A stretch of 64,000 nt of DNA. Origin: Candidatus Latescibacterota bacterium. Its GTDB lineage: Bacteria > Latescibacterota > UBA2968 > UBA8231. The notes under the pieces were generated by a model. The model searched no databases, had not been told where the DNA came from, and was given only the letters and a program-made list of their open reading frames with translations. Below are positions 48,018-57,928 of this stretch, piece after piece. The stretch lies in the NCBI GenBank assembly GCA_965223905.1, contig CBDCXV010000011.1, forward strand, positions 1,760,001 through 1,824,000, given 5' to 3'. Position 1 is the first letter of the stretch. Each line of letters begins with the position of its first letter. The position numbers and the translations under genes were made by a program.

Positions 48018-49061
48018 ATGAGCTCGCACCCCCATCGCGGCCCTGTGCACGATCTCTTCGGCCGTCCGCTCGAAAGTCTGCGCCTCTCCGTCATCGACCG
48101 CTGCGACCTGCGCTGCGCCTACTGCATGCCGGAGGAGGACTACGCCTGGCTGCCCAAGGAGGACATCCTCTCCTTCGAGGAGATTGAGCGCACCGTCGAC
48201 GCCTTCGGCGAGCTGGGGGTGCGCAAGGTCCGCCTCACCGGCGGGGAACCACTCCTGCGCGGCGGCCTCGTCGATCTCGTCGCCCGCCTGGCCCGGCGTC
48301 CCGCGGTCGAGGACCTGGCAATGACGACGAACGCCACGCAGCTTGCCAAATGGGCCGAGCCGCTGCACCAGGCAGGGCTGAGCCGGGTAACGGTCAGTCT
48401 CGACACCCTCAACCCCGCCCGTTTCGAAACCCTGACCCGGCGCGTGGTCCTCGACCGCGTGCTCACCGGCATCCGCGAGGCTGTCCGCGTCGCCTTCTCC
48501 GACGTCAAGATCAACACCGTCATCATGCGGGGGTTCAACGACGACGAGCTCGTCGACCTGATCGAGTTCGGCAAGGAGGTCGGGGCCGAGGTCCGCTTCA
48601 TCGAGTACATGGACGTCGGCGGGGCCACCCTCTGGTCGATGGAGCGGGTCTTCTCCAAGGCGGACATTCTCGCGCGGCTCGAGGGGCACTACGGCGCCGT
48701 CGAGGCGGCCCCGGGCCGGGGGGCCGCGCCTGCCGAGCGCTTCCTCCTGCCCGACGGCACCTGTTTCGGCATCATCGCCTCCACCACGGAGCCGTTCTGC
48801 GCCACCTGCGACCGCAGCCGCGTCACCGCCGACGGCATGTGGTACCTCTGCCTGTACGCCAACGAAGGGTACAACCTGCGCGAGTGGCTGCGGGACGGGC
48901 TGACGCACCAGGATCTGATCGCACAGATCCGCCGTGTCTGGGAAGGCCGCAGGGACCGCGGCGCCGAGGAGCGTCTGAATGAACCGACGCGGGGGGCGCT
49001 CTACCACGTCGAAGAGCTGAAGGTCGACCCGCATCGCGAGATGCACACCCGGGGCGGATGA
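48018..49061 (+). CDS. moaA: GTP 3',8-cyclase (molybdenum cofactor biosynthesis)
   Basis: CDLRCAYC radical-SAM motif, RLTGGEP, RFIEYM, FCATCDRSRVTADG..LCL, C-terminal GG. Confidence 0.93.
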   Translation: MSSHPHRGPVHDLFGRPLESLRLSVIDRCDLRCAYCMPEEDYAWLPKEDILSFEEIERTVDAFGELGVRKVRLTGGEPLLRGGLVDLVARLARRPAVEDLAMTTNATQLAKWAEPLHQAGLSRVTVSLDTLNPARFETLTRRVVLDRVLTGIREAVRVAFSDVKINTVIMRGFNDDELVDLIEFGKEVGAEVRFIEYMDVGGATLWSMERVFSKADILARLEGHYGAVEAAPGRGAAPAERFLLPDGTCFGIIASTTEPFCATCDRSRVTADGMWYLCLYANEGYNLREWLRDGLTHQDLIAQIRRVWEGRRDRGAEERLNEPTRGALYHVEELKVDPHREMHTRGG

Positions 49062-49186
49062 CGGCGCTCTGTGGGACGTTGGACTTTCAATGTGTGACGC
49101 GCCTCGGATTGCCGTTCGCCTGAGGGCGAACGGCCACGGATTCCGACCGATGACGGCGCTCTGTGAGGCGTTGGGAATTCCAGTGG
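49057..49186 (+). repeat. Short imperfect direct repeat with 17-bp exact core
   Basis: GATGACGGCGCTCTGTG at 49057 and 49149, followed by similar tails (GGACGTTGGACTTTC and AGGCGTTGGGAATTC). Confidence 0.7.
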
Positions 49187-49351
49187 GATGGAGGGCTCAC
49201 CTCCCACCTCCACCCGCCGAACTGCTACGGAACCGGGGCCCGCTCCCGCGTTCCGGGACGTGATTTCCAGTGCAGGCGGGGTTTCGGTATTGCCCGGCGC
49301 CATGAAGCCCGCTCCCCTGGCGACGGCCATCCGCCGCTGACCTGTAACAAG

Positions 49352-51481
49352 ATGGAATACCCAGAAGCCAAGAAATTCCTCGACACCCTGCCCGACTGGG
49401 AGCGGGGACGCCCGCCTTCCGGTCCCCTGCACTACTACCTGCCGCGCACCCGGGCGCTGCTGCGGCGGCTGGGGAATCCGCAGAACGACTTCCGCTCGAT
49501 CATCGTCGGCGGGACCAACGGCAAGGGCACGGTTGCCAGCCTCCTCGACGCCCTGCTGCGCGCCGACGGCAGGACCGGGCTCTACACCTCCCCCCACCTG
49601 CACAGCCAGCGGGAGCGCATCCAGGTCGACGGGCGGCTGCTCAGCGCCGACGACTGGGCCGACGCGGTTACCTTCCTGTACGACGCGACCCGCCGCTTCG
49701 ACGCGGAGGGATTCGGCGGCTTCTCGAAATTCGAGGCGCTCACCGCGCTCGCCGCCCACCTGTTCTCGGCGGCCGGGGTGGACTACGCGCTGTTCGAGGT
49801 CGGTCTCGGGGGGCGCTACGACGCCACCAACGCCTGGGATCACGAGCTCTCGATGCTGACCAGCATCGCCGTCGACCACGCCGACGTCCTGGGGGAGGAC
49901 GTCCTGGAGATCGCCGCGGACAAGCTCTGCATCGTGCGGCCCGGGCGGCCGCTGTTCACCACCGATGCCCACGAGGCCGGGGTCGCCGGGCGAATCCGAC
50001 GCCACTGCGAGTCCGCGGGTGTGCCCCTTTACCTGGCTGGCGCAGGAGGTGTCCGCAGCACCGGGTCCCCCCAATGCGGCCCCGGGATGCCGTACCCGGC
50101 CTGCCCGCGGCCTGATGGTCCGCGTCCCGGCTCGTACCCGGCCAACGCCCGCCTGGCCCTGGCCGCGGCAGCCTTCCTGCTGGGGGACCGCCTCGTCCCC
50201 GCGGATGCGGAAGCGACGATCGCCCGGCACCAGTGGCCGGGCCGCTTCGAGGCGGTCGAGCGCGACTGCCGGCCGCTGGTCCTGCTCGACGGCGCTCACA
50301 ACCGGGCCGCGGCCGCCAGCCTCGCCGCGGACCTGCGGGCCCTGCATCCGAAGTGGAGCTTCGTCGTCGGGGTCGGGAGCGGGCACGACGCCGGCGCCGT
50401 CCTCGACTGCCTGGCGCCGCTGGCGGGGCAGGTGATCGCCACCTCCTCCGGCCACCCCAAGGCCCTGCCGCCCGAGGATCTGCTGAACCACCTCCCTGCA
50501 GAGGCTCCAGCAACCGTCGAGCCCTTGGCCCGGGCCTTCGAGGTCGCCGCCTCGGGCAAGCTGCCTGTCTGCGTCACCGGATCGCTGGCCCTGGTCGCGC
50601 GCGCCCGCGAGCACTTCCGTCTCCCGTGCGAAACCGAGGGGATCAGCGAAGAGGTCGCCCTCGAAAGCCTCGAGTGCCTCGAAATCGCCTGTCGGGCGCG
50701 CCGGCTCGAGTGCGAGAGGGTAACGGGCAACGCCAACGTCCTGCGGGTGGACGAGGCGGGAGGGCCGTTCTACTTCCTGCGCAACCGCCACCCGTTCAAC
50801 GACTACGCCGCGGCCAGGCTGGCCGAGGACAAGGGCTACCAGTACGAGCTGTTTGCCGCGGCCGGCCTGCCGGTCCCCTGCTCGATGCAGGTGTTCAACC
50901 CGTACGCCGACGACCGCTTTCACCGCTACAAGACCCACGGCAGCGTCGAAGAGATGCTCGACGACGTCGAAACGCGCATGCAGTATCCCCTGCTCATCAA
51001 GAAGCCGCGCGCCTCGGTCTCCCAGGGAGTCTACCTCGAGCGCGACCGCGAGGGGGCCGCGAGGCGCCTGGAAAGCCTGTTCACCGGCGGAGGTTTTCTC
51101 GACAACAGCCTGCTGATCCAGGCCTTCGTCGAGGGAGTGGAGTACCGCATCGTCGCCAGCGAAGCGGAGCTGCTGCTCGCCTACGAGAAGACCAGCGACG
51201 AGGTAGGCGGCGGTCTCAACCCCCTTCATCACGCCAGCGGGCGCGCCGTCAAGGTCGGGGACGAGCCGCTGCTGGCAGCGATGGCTGAGCTCACCCGGCG
51301 CGTCGCCGCGGTGATCCGGCTAGGGTTCTACGCCATCGACGTCATCGACGGCCCCGGGGGCCTGCGCATCATCGAGCTCAACCCCAACCCGTTCTGCTTC
51401 TTCTACAACCGCAGCAACGGGCGCGGCGACTTCGTCGCCATCTACGAACACCTCCTCGACAAGTACTTTCTCCGGACATGA
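49352..51481 (+). CDS. FolC-like (Mur ligase superfamily) protein fused to a C-terminal RimK-like ATP-grasp domain
   Basis: FolC motifs GGTNGKGT, YTSPHL, EVGLGGRYDATN, WPGRFE, LDGAHN, VTGSL; then DKGYQY, YPLLIKKP..S.SQGV, IQAFVEGVEYRI, AIDVI, IIELNPNP. Confidence 0.82.
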   Translation: MEYPEAKKFLDTLPDWERGRPPSGPLHYYLPRTRALLRRLGNPQNDFRSIIVGGTNGKGTVASLLDALLRADGRTGLYTSPHLHSQRERIQVDGRLLSADDWADAVTFLYDATRRFDAEGFGGFSKFEALTALAAHLFSAAGVDYALFEVGLGGRYDATNAWDHELSMLTSIAVDHADVLGEDVLEIAADKLCIVRPGRPLFTTDAHEAGVAGRIRRHCESAGVPLYLAGAGGVRSTGSPQCGPGMPYPACPRPDGPRPGSYPANARLALAAAAFLLGDRLVPADAEATIARHQWPGRFEAVERDCRPLVLLDGAHNRAAAASLAADLRALHPKWSFVVGVGSGHDAGAVLDCLAPLAGQVIATSSGHPKALPPEDLLNHLPAEAPATVEPLARAFEVAASGKLPVCVTGSLALVARAREHFRLPCETEGISEEVALESLECLEIACRARRLECERVTGNANVLRVDEAGGPFYFLRNRHPFNDYAAARLAEDKGYQYELFAAAGLPVPCSMQVFNPYADDRFHRYKTHGSVEEMLDDVETRMQYPLLIKKPRASVSQGVYLERDREGAARRLESLFTGGGFLDNSLLIQAFVEGVEYRIVASEAELLLAYEKTSDEVGGGLNPLHHASGRAVKVGDEPLLAAMAELTRRVAAVIRLGFYAIDVIDGPGGLRIIELNPNPFCFFYNRSNGRGDFVAIYEHLLDKYFLRT

Positions 51482-52632
51482 GCAAAAAGCGCGATATCGA
51501 GACCGACCTCATCCATTCGGGAGAGGGGGACAAGATCGAGGGCTCGGTGGTGCTGCCGGTGTTTCAGAGCGCCACCTACCTGTCGGGCGGGGAAACGGCG
51601 TACGAGGAGATCCGCTATCTGCGCCTCAACAACAGCCCCAATCACCGCGTCCTGCACGCCAAGCTCGCCGCGGTCTGCGGCGGCGAGGCCGCAATCGTCA
51701 CCTCTTCGGGGATGGCGGCGATCGCCGCGACCCTGATGGGGCTGCTGAAGGCGGGAGACCGCCTGCTGGCGCAGAGCTGCCTGTACGGGGGCACCCACAG
51801 CCTGTTCACCTGCGACCTTCCCGACTTCGGGCTGCAGGTGGATTTCATCGACGGCAACCGCCCCGACACCTGGGGCGAGGCGGCGACCCGGCGAACGCGC
51901 GCCATCTACGTCGAGACCATGGCCAACCCGCTGCTGGAAGTGGCCGATCTCGAAGCGGTGGTGGCTTTCGCGCGCGAGCGCGGCCTGATGTCCATCATCG
52001 ACAACACCTTCGGCACCCCGGTCAATTTCCGGTCGCTGCAACTGGGGTTCGACGTCGAGATTCACAGCGCCACCAAGTACCTCAACGGCCACTCCGACAT
52101 CGTCGCCGGCTGCGTCGTCGCCAACGGGGAGCTGATCTCCCGGATCGGGCGCCGGCTCAACCATCTCGGCGCAACCCTCGATCCGCACGCCTGTTTCCTG
52201 CTGCACCGGGGGATGAAGACGATGGCGCTGAGGGTGCGGCACCAGAACGCCTCGGCGTTGGCCCTAGCCGGGGCGCTCGAGCGCTGCGAGGCCGTGACGC
52301 AGGTGAACTACCCCGGGCTGGCCTCGCATCCCCAGCACGAGCGCGCGGCGCGGCTCTTCTCCGGCTGCGGCGGGGTCCTGAGCTTCGAGCTTTGCGGGGG
52401 AAGGCCGGCTGCGGAGAAGCTGCTGGAGCGGCTGCGGATACCGGCTTCGGCCCCCAGCCTCGGGGGCGTCGAGACCCTGATCACGCGGCCGGCAGCGACC
52501 TCGCACGCCGGCCTGTCGGAAGCGGAGCGGCAGACCCTGGGAATCGGCAGCGGCCTCGTCCGGGTGGCGGTCGGCATCGAGTCCGCGGCCGACCTGATCG
52601 CCGATTTCGAGCAGGGGCTGGCGGGGCTGTAG
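51478..52632 (+). CDS. Cys/Met metabolism PLP-dependent enzyme (cystathionine/methionine gamma-lyase family)
   Basis: SSGMAAI, ETMANP, DNTF, HSATKYLNGHSD (PLP lysine), SLGGVETL. ATGA overlap with the upstream gene. Confidence 0.9.
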   Translation: MSKKRDIETDLIHSGEGDKIEGSVVLPVFQSATYLSGGETAYEEIRYLRLNNSPNHRVLHAKLAAVCGGEAAIVTSSGMAAIAATLMGLLKAGDRLLAQSCLYGGTHSLFTCDLPDFGLQVDFIDGNRPDTWGEAATRRTRAIYVETMANPLLEVADLEAVVAFARERGLMSIIDNTFGTPVNFRSLQLGFDVEIHSATKYLNGHSDIVAGCVVANGELISRIGRRLNHLGATLDPHACFLLHRGMKTMALRVRHQNASALALAGALERCEAVTQVNYPGLASHPQHERAARLFSGCGGVLSFELCGGRPAAEKLLERLRIPASAPSLGGVETLITRPAATSHAGLSEAERQTLGIGSGLVRVAVGIESAADLIADFEQGLAGL

Positions 52633-52647
52633 GGGCTCCGGGGCTCC

Positions 52648-53832
52648 TCAGGCTCGTTCCTCTTCACGGGAGGGACCTGCCTCCTCCCCCCGGGCCTGAA
52701 GGCCGCGGCCGGACGGCAGAAAGAGGGCGAGAACCGCGGTCGCGACCGGCAGGACGGCGAGCAGGGTCAGGGCCGACTCGACGCCGATCCGTTCGGCGAG
52801 GTAGCCGATCGGCGCCAGCGTCAGTCCCGCGATCCCCCAGCTGAACCCAAGAGGCAGACTCGAGGCCAGTCCGGAGCTTTTCGGCACCAGTTCCTGGGCC
52901 ATGGCGACCAGCAGCGAGTTGGAGGCCATCACCATGGCGCCGCCGATTGCCAGCATTCCGTAGGCGACGAGGCCGTCGCTGTGGAGATAGCCGTAGAGGG
53001 AGGGAGCCGCGGCCAGGATCGATCCCCAGATCAGCGGCTTTCTGTCGAGGCGGTCCCCGAGATAGCCGAACAGCAACGCCCCGGCGACCCCTGCGAGGTT
53101 GTACAGCGAGAGCGGTATTCCTCCTGCGACGAGGTCGAGCCCGCGCGCCTCGGACAGCACCGGCAGGTAGAACCCGAAGCCCAGCCCGGTAACCGAGCGC
53201 AGGATGACGACGACCGTCATCAACAGCAGGATCCGCTTCCTGCCCTGCAGGCTGGCGCGCAGCGAGGTCCGTTGCCCATGGACCACGTGAGGGTTGTCGA
53301 GAGGCACGAAACGCCAGATCAGCAGAACGAGCAGAAGCCCGGGAAGGCCGGCCGCGGGCAGCCACTCCAGGCCGATCTCGGTGGCGTACCAGGGGACCCA
53401 GAGCGGCGAGAAGCCGAGTCCGAGGGTGCCGCCGAACACGAACAGGGCGATGCCGAAGGAGCGCCTGTGGCCGCTGAGCTCGCCGGCGAGCGAGAACGCC
53501 TGGGGGTGGAACGCTGCGACCCCGAGGCCCCCGAGGCAGAGCACGACCAGCAGCGTCCCGTAGTTGGAGACGATCCCGAGCATCGGGGTGAACAGGCCGG
53601 CCATGAGCAGACCGGCCAGCACGAGGTAGCGCCGGCGCATGCCGTCGGCCCACACCCCCAGCAGCGGCTGCGACAGGCTGCACAGCGAGGTGATGGTGCC
53701 GAGAAAGCCTGCCGAGGTCAGGGAAATCCCGAGCCGGCTGATGACGAGCGGCAGCACCGGGGCCAGCATCTGGGCGTACGAGTCGACGCAGAAATGCCCG
53801 ACGGCGATGAGGAAGAGCATGCCCTTGCGCAC
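52648..53832 (-). CDS. MFS transporter (Fsr-like)
   Basis: HFCVDSY, QPLLGVWAD, AAFHPQ, GYLGDRLDRK; about 12 TM segments. Confidence 0.87.
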   Translation of the reverse strand: MRKGMLFLIAVGHFCVDSYAQMLAPVLPLVISRLGISLTSAGFLGTITSLCSLSQPLLGVWADGMRRRYLVLAGLLMAGLFTPMLGIVSNYGTLLVVLCLGGLGVAAFHPQAFSLAGELSGHRRSFGIALFVFGGTLGLGFSPLWVPWYATEIGLEWLPAAGLPGLLLVLLIWRFVPLDNPHVVHGQRTSLRASLQGRKRILLLMTVVVILRSVTGLGFGFYLPVLSEARGLDLVAGGIPLSLYNLAGVAGALLFGYLGDRLDRKPLIWGSILAAAPSLYGYLHSDGLVAYGMLAIGGAMVMASNSLLVAMAQELVPKSSGLASSLPLGFSWGIAGLTLAPIGYLAERIGVESALTLLAVLPVATAVLALFLPSGRGLQARGEEAGPSREEERA

Positions 53833-53846
53833 GAGCGTTCCCCGAG

Positions 53847-55076
53847 TCAGGCCGCGGCGGGGTGCAGCTTCCGGTCAAGCCGCCGGCAGAGCCTGTACAG
53901 GCATGCGGTCCCGGCCAGGGAGAGCGCCGCCCCGGTGAAAAACGGAAGCCCGGTATCGATCTCCACCAGCAGGCCTCCCGCCAGGCCGCCGAGCGCCATC
54001 GCCGCGCTCCAGGCGAGGTGGCCGAGTCCGACGAGCCGGTTCTTCTGCGCGGCCGGGGCCACTTCGTCGATCAACCCCGGGACCAGCACCGAGACCGCCC
54101 AGGCGGTCGCCGCCAACCCCGTACCGAACAGGAACAGCCCGGTCAGGGAATCGGCCCGGAACCCCAGGCAGAGCGCGCAGGCGGGGATTCCGGCAGCCGA
54201 GACCAGCAGCGGCCGGGTACGTCCACAGCGGTCCCGCAACCAACCGGCGGCGACTTGGCAGACCGCGGCCGCAGCCAGGGACACCGCCCCGTACCAGGCC
54301 GCCACCGCGGCGCTGCCACTGACGCGAAACACCAGGAGGGGCAGCACCAGGATCGCCATGCCCCAGAAAGAGGTGATGCCCAGACGCATGCCGACGAGAA
54401 GGTGGACCTCGCGCTGCCGCAGCAAGGGGCGGTAGGCTCGCCACAGCGACAACTTCTCCGGCCTCCGGGAAGCCGGCCCGGAGATATCGGGGAGCAGCAG
54501 CACGGCGGCGAGGACCACTCCGGTCGCTCCGGCCGTCATGGCCGCGCCGATCTGCTGAAAGCTCCACAGCGGTTTCAACAGGCCGGTGCAGAGGCTGCCC
54601 GCAGAGCTGCCGAGGGTGTAGGTGAGGAAGAACAGGGCCCCTCCGAGACCGAGACGTTCCGGTCCGGCGGAGGCGATGAGGTAGCTCTGGCCGGCGGCGC
54701 TCATAGGTCCGGCGGCGATTCCGGCGAGAAGCACGAAGAAGGTCAGGATGCGGAAGTCGGTGCTCTGGAAAGCCAGGCCCGCGGCGATCGATCCGGCCAG
54801 TCCGACAAGCAGCATCGGCTTCAGTCCCAAAAGGTCGCACAGGCGGCCTCCGACCAGGGCGAAGATGCCGCCCAGCGCGAACATCAGGGTGCGCAGGTAT
54901 CCGGTGAACAGGGGTCTCGCGCCGACGTCGGCATCGACGTAGACCGGCAGCAGGGTGGCGAAGGGAGCGGCGGTGAAGTGGCTGAAAAAGGAGACGGCGC
55001 AGAGGACGGCGAAGGCACGGCTCGCGAGTCCGGGTGCGGTCGGCGGAGCCGTGCCTCGCACGTCCTGATCCGTCAC
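53847..55076 (-). CDS. MFS transporter
   Basis: GGRLCDLLGLK and GWLRDRCGR motif-A loops; about 12 TM segments. Confidence 0.85.
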   Translation of the reverse strand: MTDQDVRGTAPPTAPGLASRAFAVLCAVSFFSHFTAAPFATLLPVYVDADVGARPLFTGYLRTLMFALGGIFALVGGRLCDLLGLKPMLLVGLAGSIAAGLAFQSTDFRILTFFVLLAGIAAGPMSAAGQSYLIASAGPERLGLGGALFFLTYTLGSSAGSLCTGLLKPLWSFQQIGAAMTAGATGVVLAAVLLLPDISGPASRRPEKLSLWRAYRPLLRQREVHLLVGMRLGITSFWGMAILVLPLLVFRVSGSAAVAAWYGAVSLAAAAVCQVAAGWLRDRCGRTRPLLVSAAGIPACALCLGFRADSLTGLFLFGTGLAATAWAVSVLVPGLIDEVAPAAQKNRLVGLGHLAWSAAMALGGLAGGLLVEIDTGLPFFTGAALSLAGTACLYRLCRRLDRKLHPAAA

Positions 55077-55125
55077 TGTCTCATCGGCAGGTCTTCGGGC
55101 GCCCCGGATGCGAAGGCGTGGGGCT

Positions 55126-56100
55126 CTACTTCTTGCTGTCGCCGACGTTGTTGCGCAGCACGCCGATACGCGAGATCTCGATCTCGACCCGGTCTCCGTC
55201 GCTCAGGAAGGAGCCGGTGGTGGCGCCGACGCCGGAGATCGTGCCGGTGCTGATGATGTCGCCCGGCTCGAGCGTGATGATCGCCGAGATGTACTCGACG
55301 ATGCTCGCCACCGGGTACAGCATCTGGCCGGTGTTGTTGAACTGCTTGCGCAGGCCGTTGACGTAGGTGCTGATGTTGAGATCCTGCGGGTTCCTGATCT
55401 CGTCGGAGGTCACCATCCAGGGCCCCTGGGGGGCGAAGGTGTCCAGCCACTTGCCGTTGAGCCAGTCGAACCATTCGTCTTTGGGACGGCTTTTGGTGCG
55501 CTTCTTGATCAGGAGACTGCGTTCGGACACGTCGTTCATGACTGTGTAGCCGGCGACGTGCTTGAGAGCGTCGGCGGCTTTCACGCCCTTGGCGCGGCGG
55601 CCGATCACCACGGCGAGCTCCCCCTCCCAGTCGATGGACTGGGCGACCGGCGGGATGCGGATGGTGTCGCCCGGACCGATGACGGTGGTCGTGGGGGGCT
55701 TCATGAAGACGCGGGGGGTCTCCTTGTCCTGCAGGGCCATCTTGCCGCCGCCCTCTTCGATGTGGTCCTGGTAGTTGCCGGCGAGGCAGAACAGCTTGCG
55801 CGGGTTGGGAACCGGGGCCTTGAGGCGCACCCGCGTCAGGGGCAGGGTGGTTTTTCCGTCCGCCTTGGGCGGGTCGCCGAGGTTTTCTTCCACCGCTTTC
55901 ACCGCCTTGCGCGCCGCGGACATGCCTCTCACGCCTGCTCCGAGCAGCGACAGCATGCTGTCGAAACACCCTGCGGGCTGGCGCTTCTCCTTCCGCGCCA
56001 GGGCGCGGTCGGCAGCATCGAGGGGGACGACGATCTTGTCCTGGGCCACGACGGCCCCGACGTATTCTTCCTTCTTGGAGGTGTAGGTGATCAGCTTCAT
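55126..56100 (-). CDS. Fumarylacetoacetate hydrolase family protein
   Basis: CLAGNY..H, FMKP, DWEGELAVVIG, NDVSER, TLEPGDIISTGT. Confidence 0.92.
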   Translation of the reverse strand: MKLITYTSKKEEYVGAVVAQDKIVVPLDAADRALARKEKRQPAGCFDSMLSLLGAGVRGMSAARKAVKAVEENLGDPPKADGKTTLPLTRVRLKAPVPNPRKLFCLAGNYQDHIEEGGGKMALQDKETPRVFMKPPTTTVIGPGDTIRIPPVAQSIDWEGELAVVIGRRAKGVKAADALKHVAGYTVMNDVSERSLLIKKRTKSRPKDEWFDWLNGKWLDTFAPQGPWMVTSDEIRNPQDLNISTYVNGLRKQFNNTGQMLYPVASIVEYISAIITLEPGDIISTGTISGVGATTGSFLSDGDRVEIEISRIGVLRNNVGDSKK

Positions 56101-56189
56101 GCGAACCTTCCCCTTACTATTTTTGACGGTGAACGGACTGTTGTTCTTCTCATCGGCCCGCGGCCTGCGGGCCATTCCCGAGAGCGCCC

Positions 56190-56765
56190 ATGACGACCGA
56201 AGCGGGATTCTACGTCCACCCCACCGCGGTGATCGACCAGCCTTGCGAGATCGGAAGCGGAACCAGAGTCTGGCATTTCAGCCACGTAATGGCCGGAGCG
56301 CGCATCGGCGAAAACTGCATTCTCGGACAGAACGTCTACGTCGACCGCGAGGTGCGGATCGGCAGTGGCTGCAAGATCCAGAACAACGTTTCGGTCTACA
56401 AAGGGGTGCTGCTGGAAGACCGCGTGTTCTGCGGTCCCTCCGTGACGTTCACCAATGTAATTAATCCCCGCGCCTTCATCGAGCGCAAGGAGGAATTCAG
56501 GCCGACCACCGTCGGTGAGGGAGCCACTCTCGGGGCCAACGCCACGATCGTGTGCGGCCTGGCGATCGGCCGCTATGCCCTCGTAGGGGCCGGGTCCGTC
56601 GTCATTCGGGACGTTCCCGCCCACGCCCTGGTCGTCGGGGTACCGTCGCGCCAGGTGGGCTGGGTCTGCCACTGTGGGACGACCCTGCCCGAAGGCGGGG
56701 AACCTGCCTGTCGATCGTGCGGGAACCGCTACCGGCTGGACGGGAACCTGCTCGAACCGGCATAA
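56190..56765 (+). CDS. Hexapeptide-repeat N-acetyltransferase (WbpD-like)
   Basis: VWHFSHV, KIQNNVSVY, FTNVINPRA, C-terminal CHCG...CRSC. Confidence 0.88.
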   Translation: MTTEAGFYVHPTAVIDQPCEIGSGTRVWHFSHVMAGARIGENCILGQNVYVDREVRIGSGCKIQNNVSVYKGVLLEDRVFCGPSVTFTNVINPRAFIERKEEFRPTTVGEGATLGANATIVCGLAIGRYALVGAGSVVIRDVPAHALVVGVPSRQVGWVCHCGTTLPEGGEPACRSCGNRYRLDGNLLEPA

Positions 56766-56905
56766 GAGTCCGCGACAAGACGGATTCGGCGCTCCGTCCC
56801 TCGACCCTTGCCCGGAATTCCGGCACCCGGGGAGGCCGTCCCGATTCTCAGAGGCAGACCCCTTGGTGCAGATCCAACCGCCCCGCCATTTCACCGCGGC
56901 TTGCG

Positions 56906-57769
56906 TCAGTCCGTCGGGTACGATAGCGGCATCGTCGGTTCCCGCTCCTGGTGGCGGGTGCGCCCGCGGATCTCCATGGCGTGATATTCATCTATGAAGG
57001 CCGCCAGGTTCCGGCTCGCCTCCTCGAACACGATCCTGCCTTTTTCCGCGGTCGCTTTCTCCGCCTCCCCCATCACGCCGCTGTCCGAGTACTGGCTCGT
57101 CCACTGGATCAGTCCCATCGGCCCGGCGCTGAACAGGTCGGTCCAGACGAACTTCGAGCCGAGCTGGTTGGTCCTGGCGATCTCGCTCCTGATCTTCTCC
57201 TTGCGAACGCTCTCCGGGGACAGGTACAGCAGCATCGAGGTCTCGAGCTCGCAGGCGTGCGAGCAGCCCCCGGGGAAGACGCTCTCCCGCCATTCCTTGT
57301 CGAAGTCGGGGTTCACCCTCAACAGCTGCCACCAGCTGCAGAAGACGCAGCTCGCGTCGGTCTCGACGTGCACGCGCCGCGACACCATGTCGACGAGGTT
57401 GTGGTTAGAGCCGTGCCCGTTGACGAGGATCATCTTCTTGAAGCCGTGGTAGGCGAGCGACTTGCAAATATCGAGGACGTACTGGATGAAGTGCTCGAAG
57501 TGGATGTTGAGGGAGCCGGGAAAATCCATGACGTGGTGGACGTACCCGTAGGTGACCGGCGGCAGCACCAGGCTCAGCTCCGGTTTCAGTCGCGCCGCTT
57601 CCGCGGCGACGGAGTGGGCGCAGAGGTGGTCGACCTTCAGCGGCAGGTGGTGTCCGTGCTGTTCCACGGATCCGGTGGCGAGAATGGGGATCTTGCCCAT
57701 CTCCACGGCCTCGTTCACTTCGGGCCAGGTCAGCTCGTCGAACTGGTAGATCTCCTTCACCGATGGCAT
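56906..57769 (-). CDS. Creatininase family protein
   Basis: GSVEQHGHHLPLKVD, NGHGSN, HACELETS, ATAEKG. Confidence 0.9.
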   Translation of the reverse strand: MPSVKEIYQFDELTWPEVNEAVEMGKIPILATGSVEQHGHHLPLKVDHLCAHSVAAEAARLKPELSLVLPPVTYGYVHHVMDFPGSLNIHFEHFIQYVLDICKSLAYHGFKKMILVNGHGSNHNLVDMVSRRVHVETDASCVFCSWWQLLRVNPDFDKEWRESVFPGGCSHACELETSMLLYLSPESVRKEKIRSEIARTNQLGSKFVWTDLFSAGPMGLIQWTSQYSDSGVMGEAEKATAEKGRIVFEEASRNLAAFIDEYHAMEIRGRTRHQEREPTMPLSYPTD

Positions 57770-57928
57770 GCGGGGTTCTCCTGTGTTCGGGTGGAGGGGG
57801 AGGATGCCGGGCAGACCGCTTGGTCCCCCCGAAAGGAGCCGCGGTAGCGCTTCGGCCCCGGTCGAGTTCAGCCCGTTGAACAAGCCCATCCGGCCTGCAG
57901 CTTGCAGAGCAATTCTATCAACGGACAG

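Noticed and set aside
49057-49190. CRISPR array
   Set aside because: Only two degenerate units and no cas genes.
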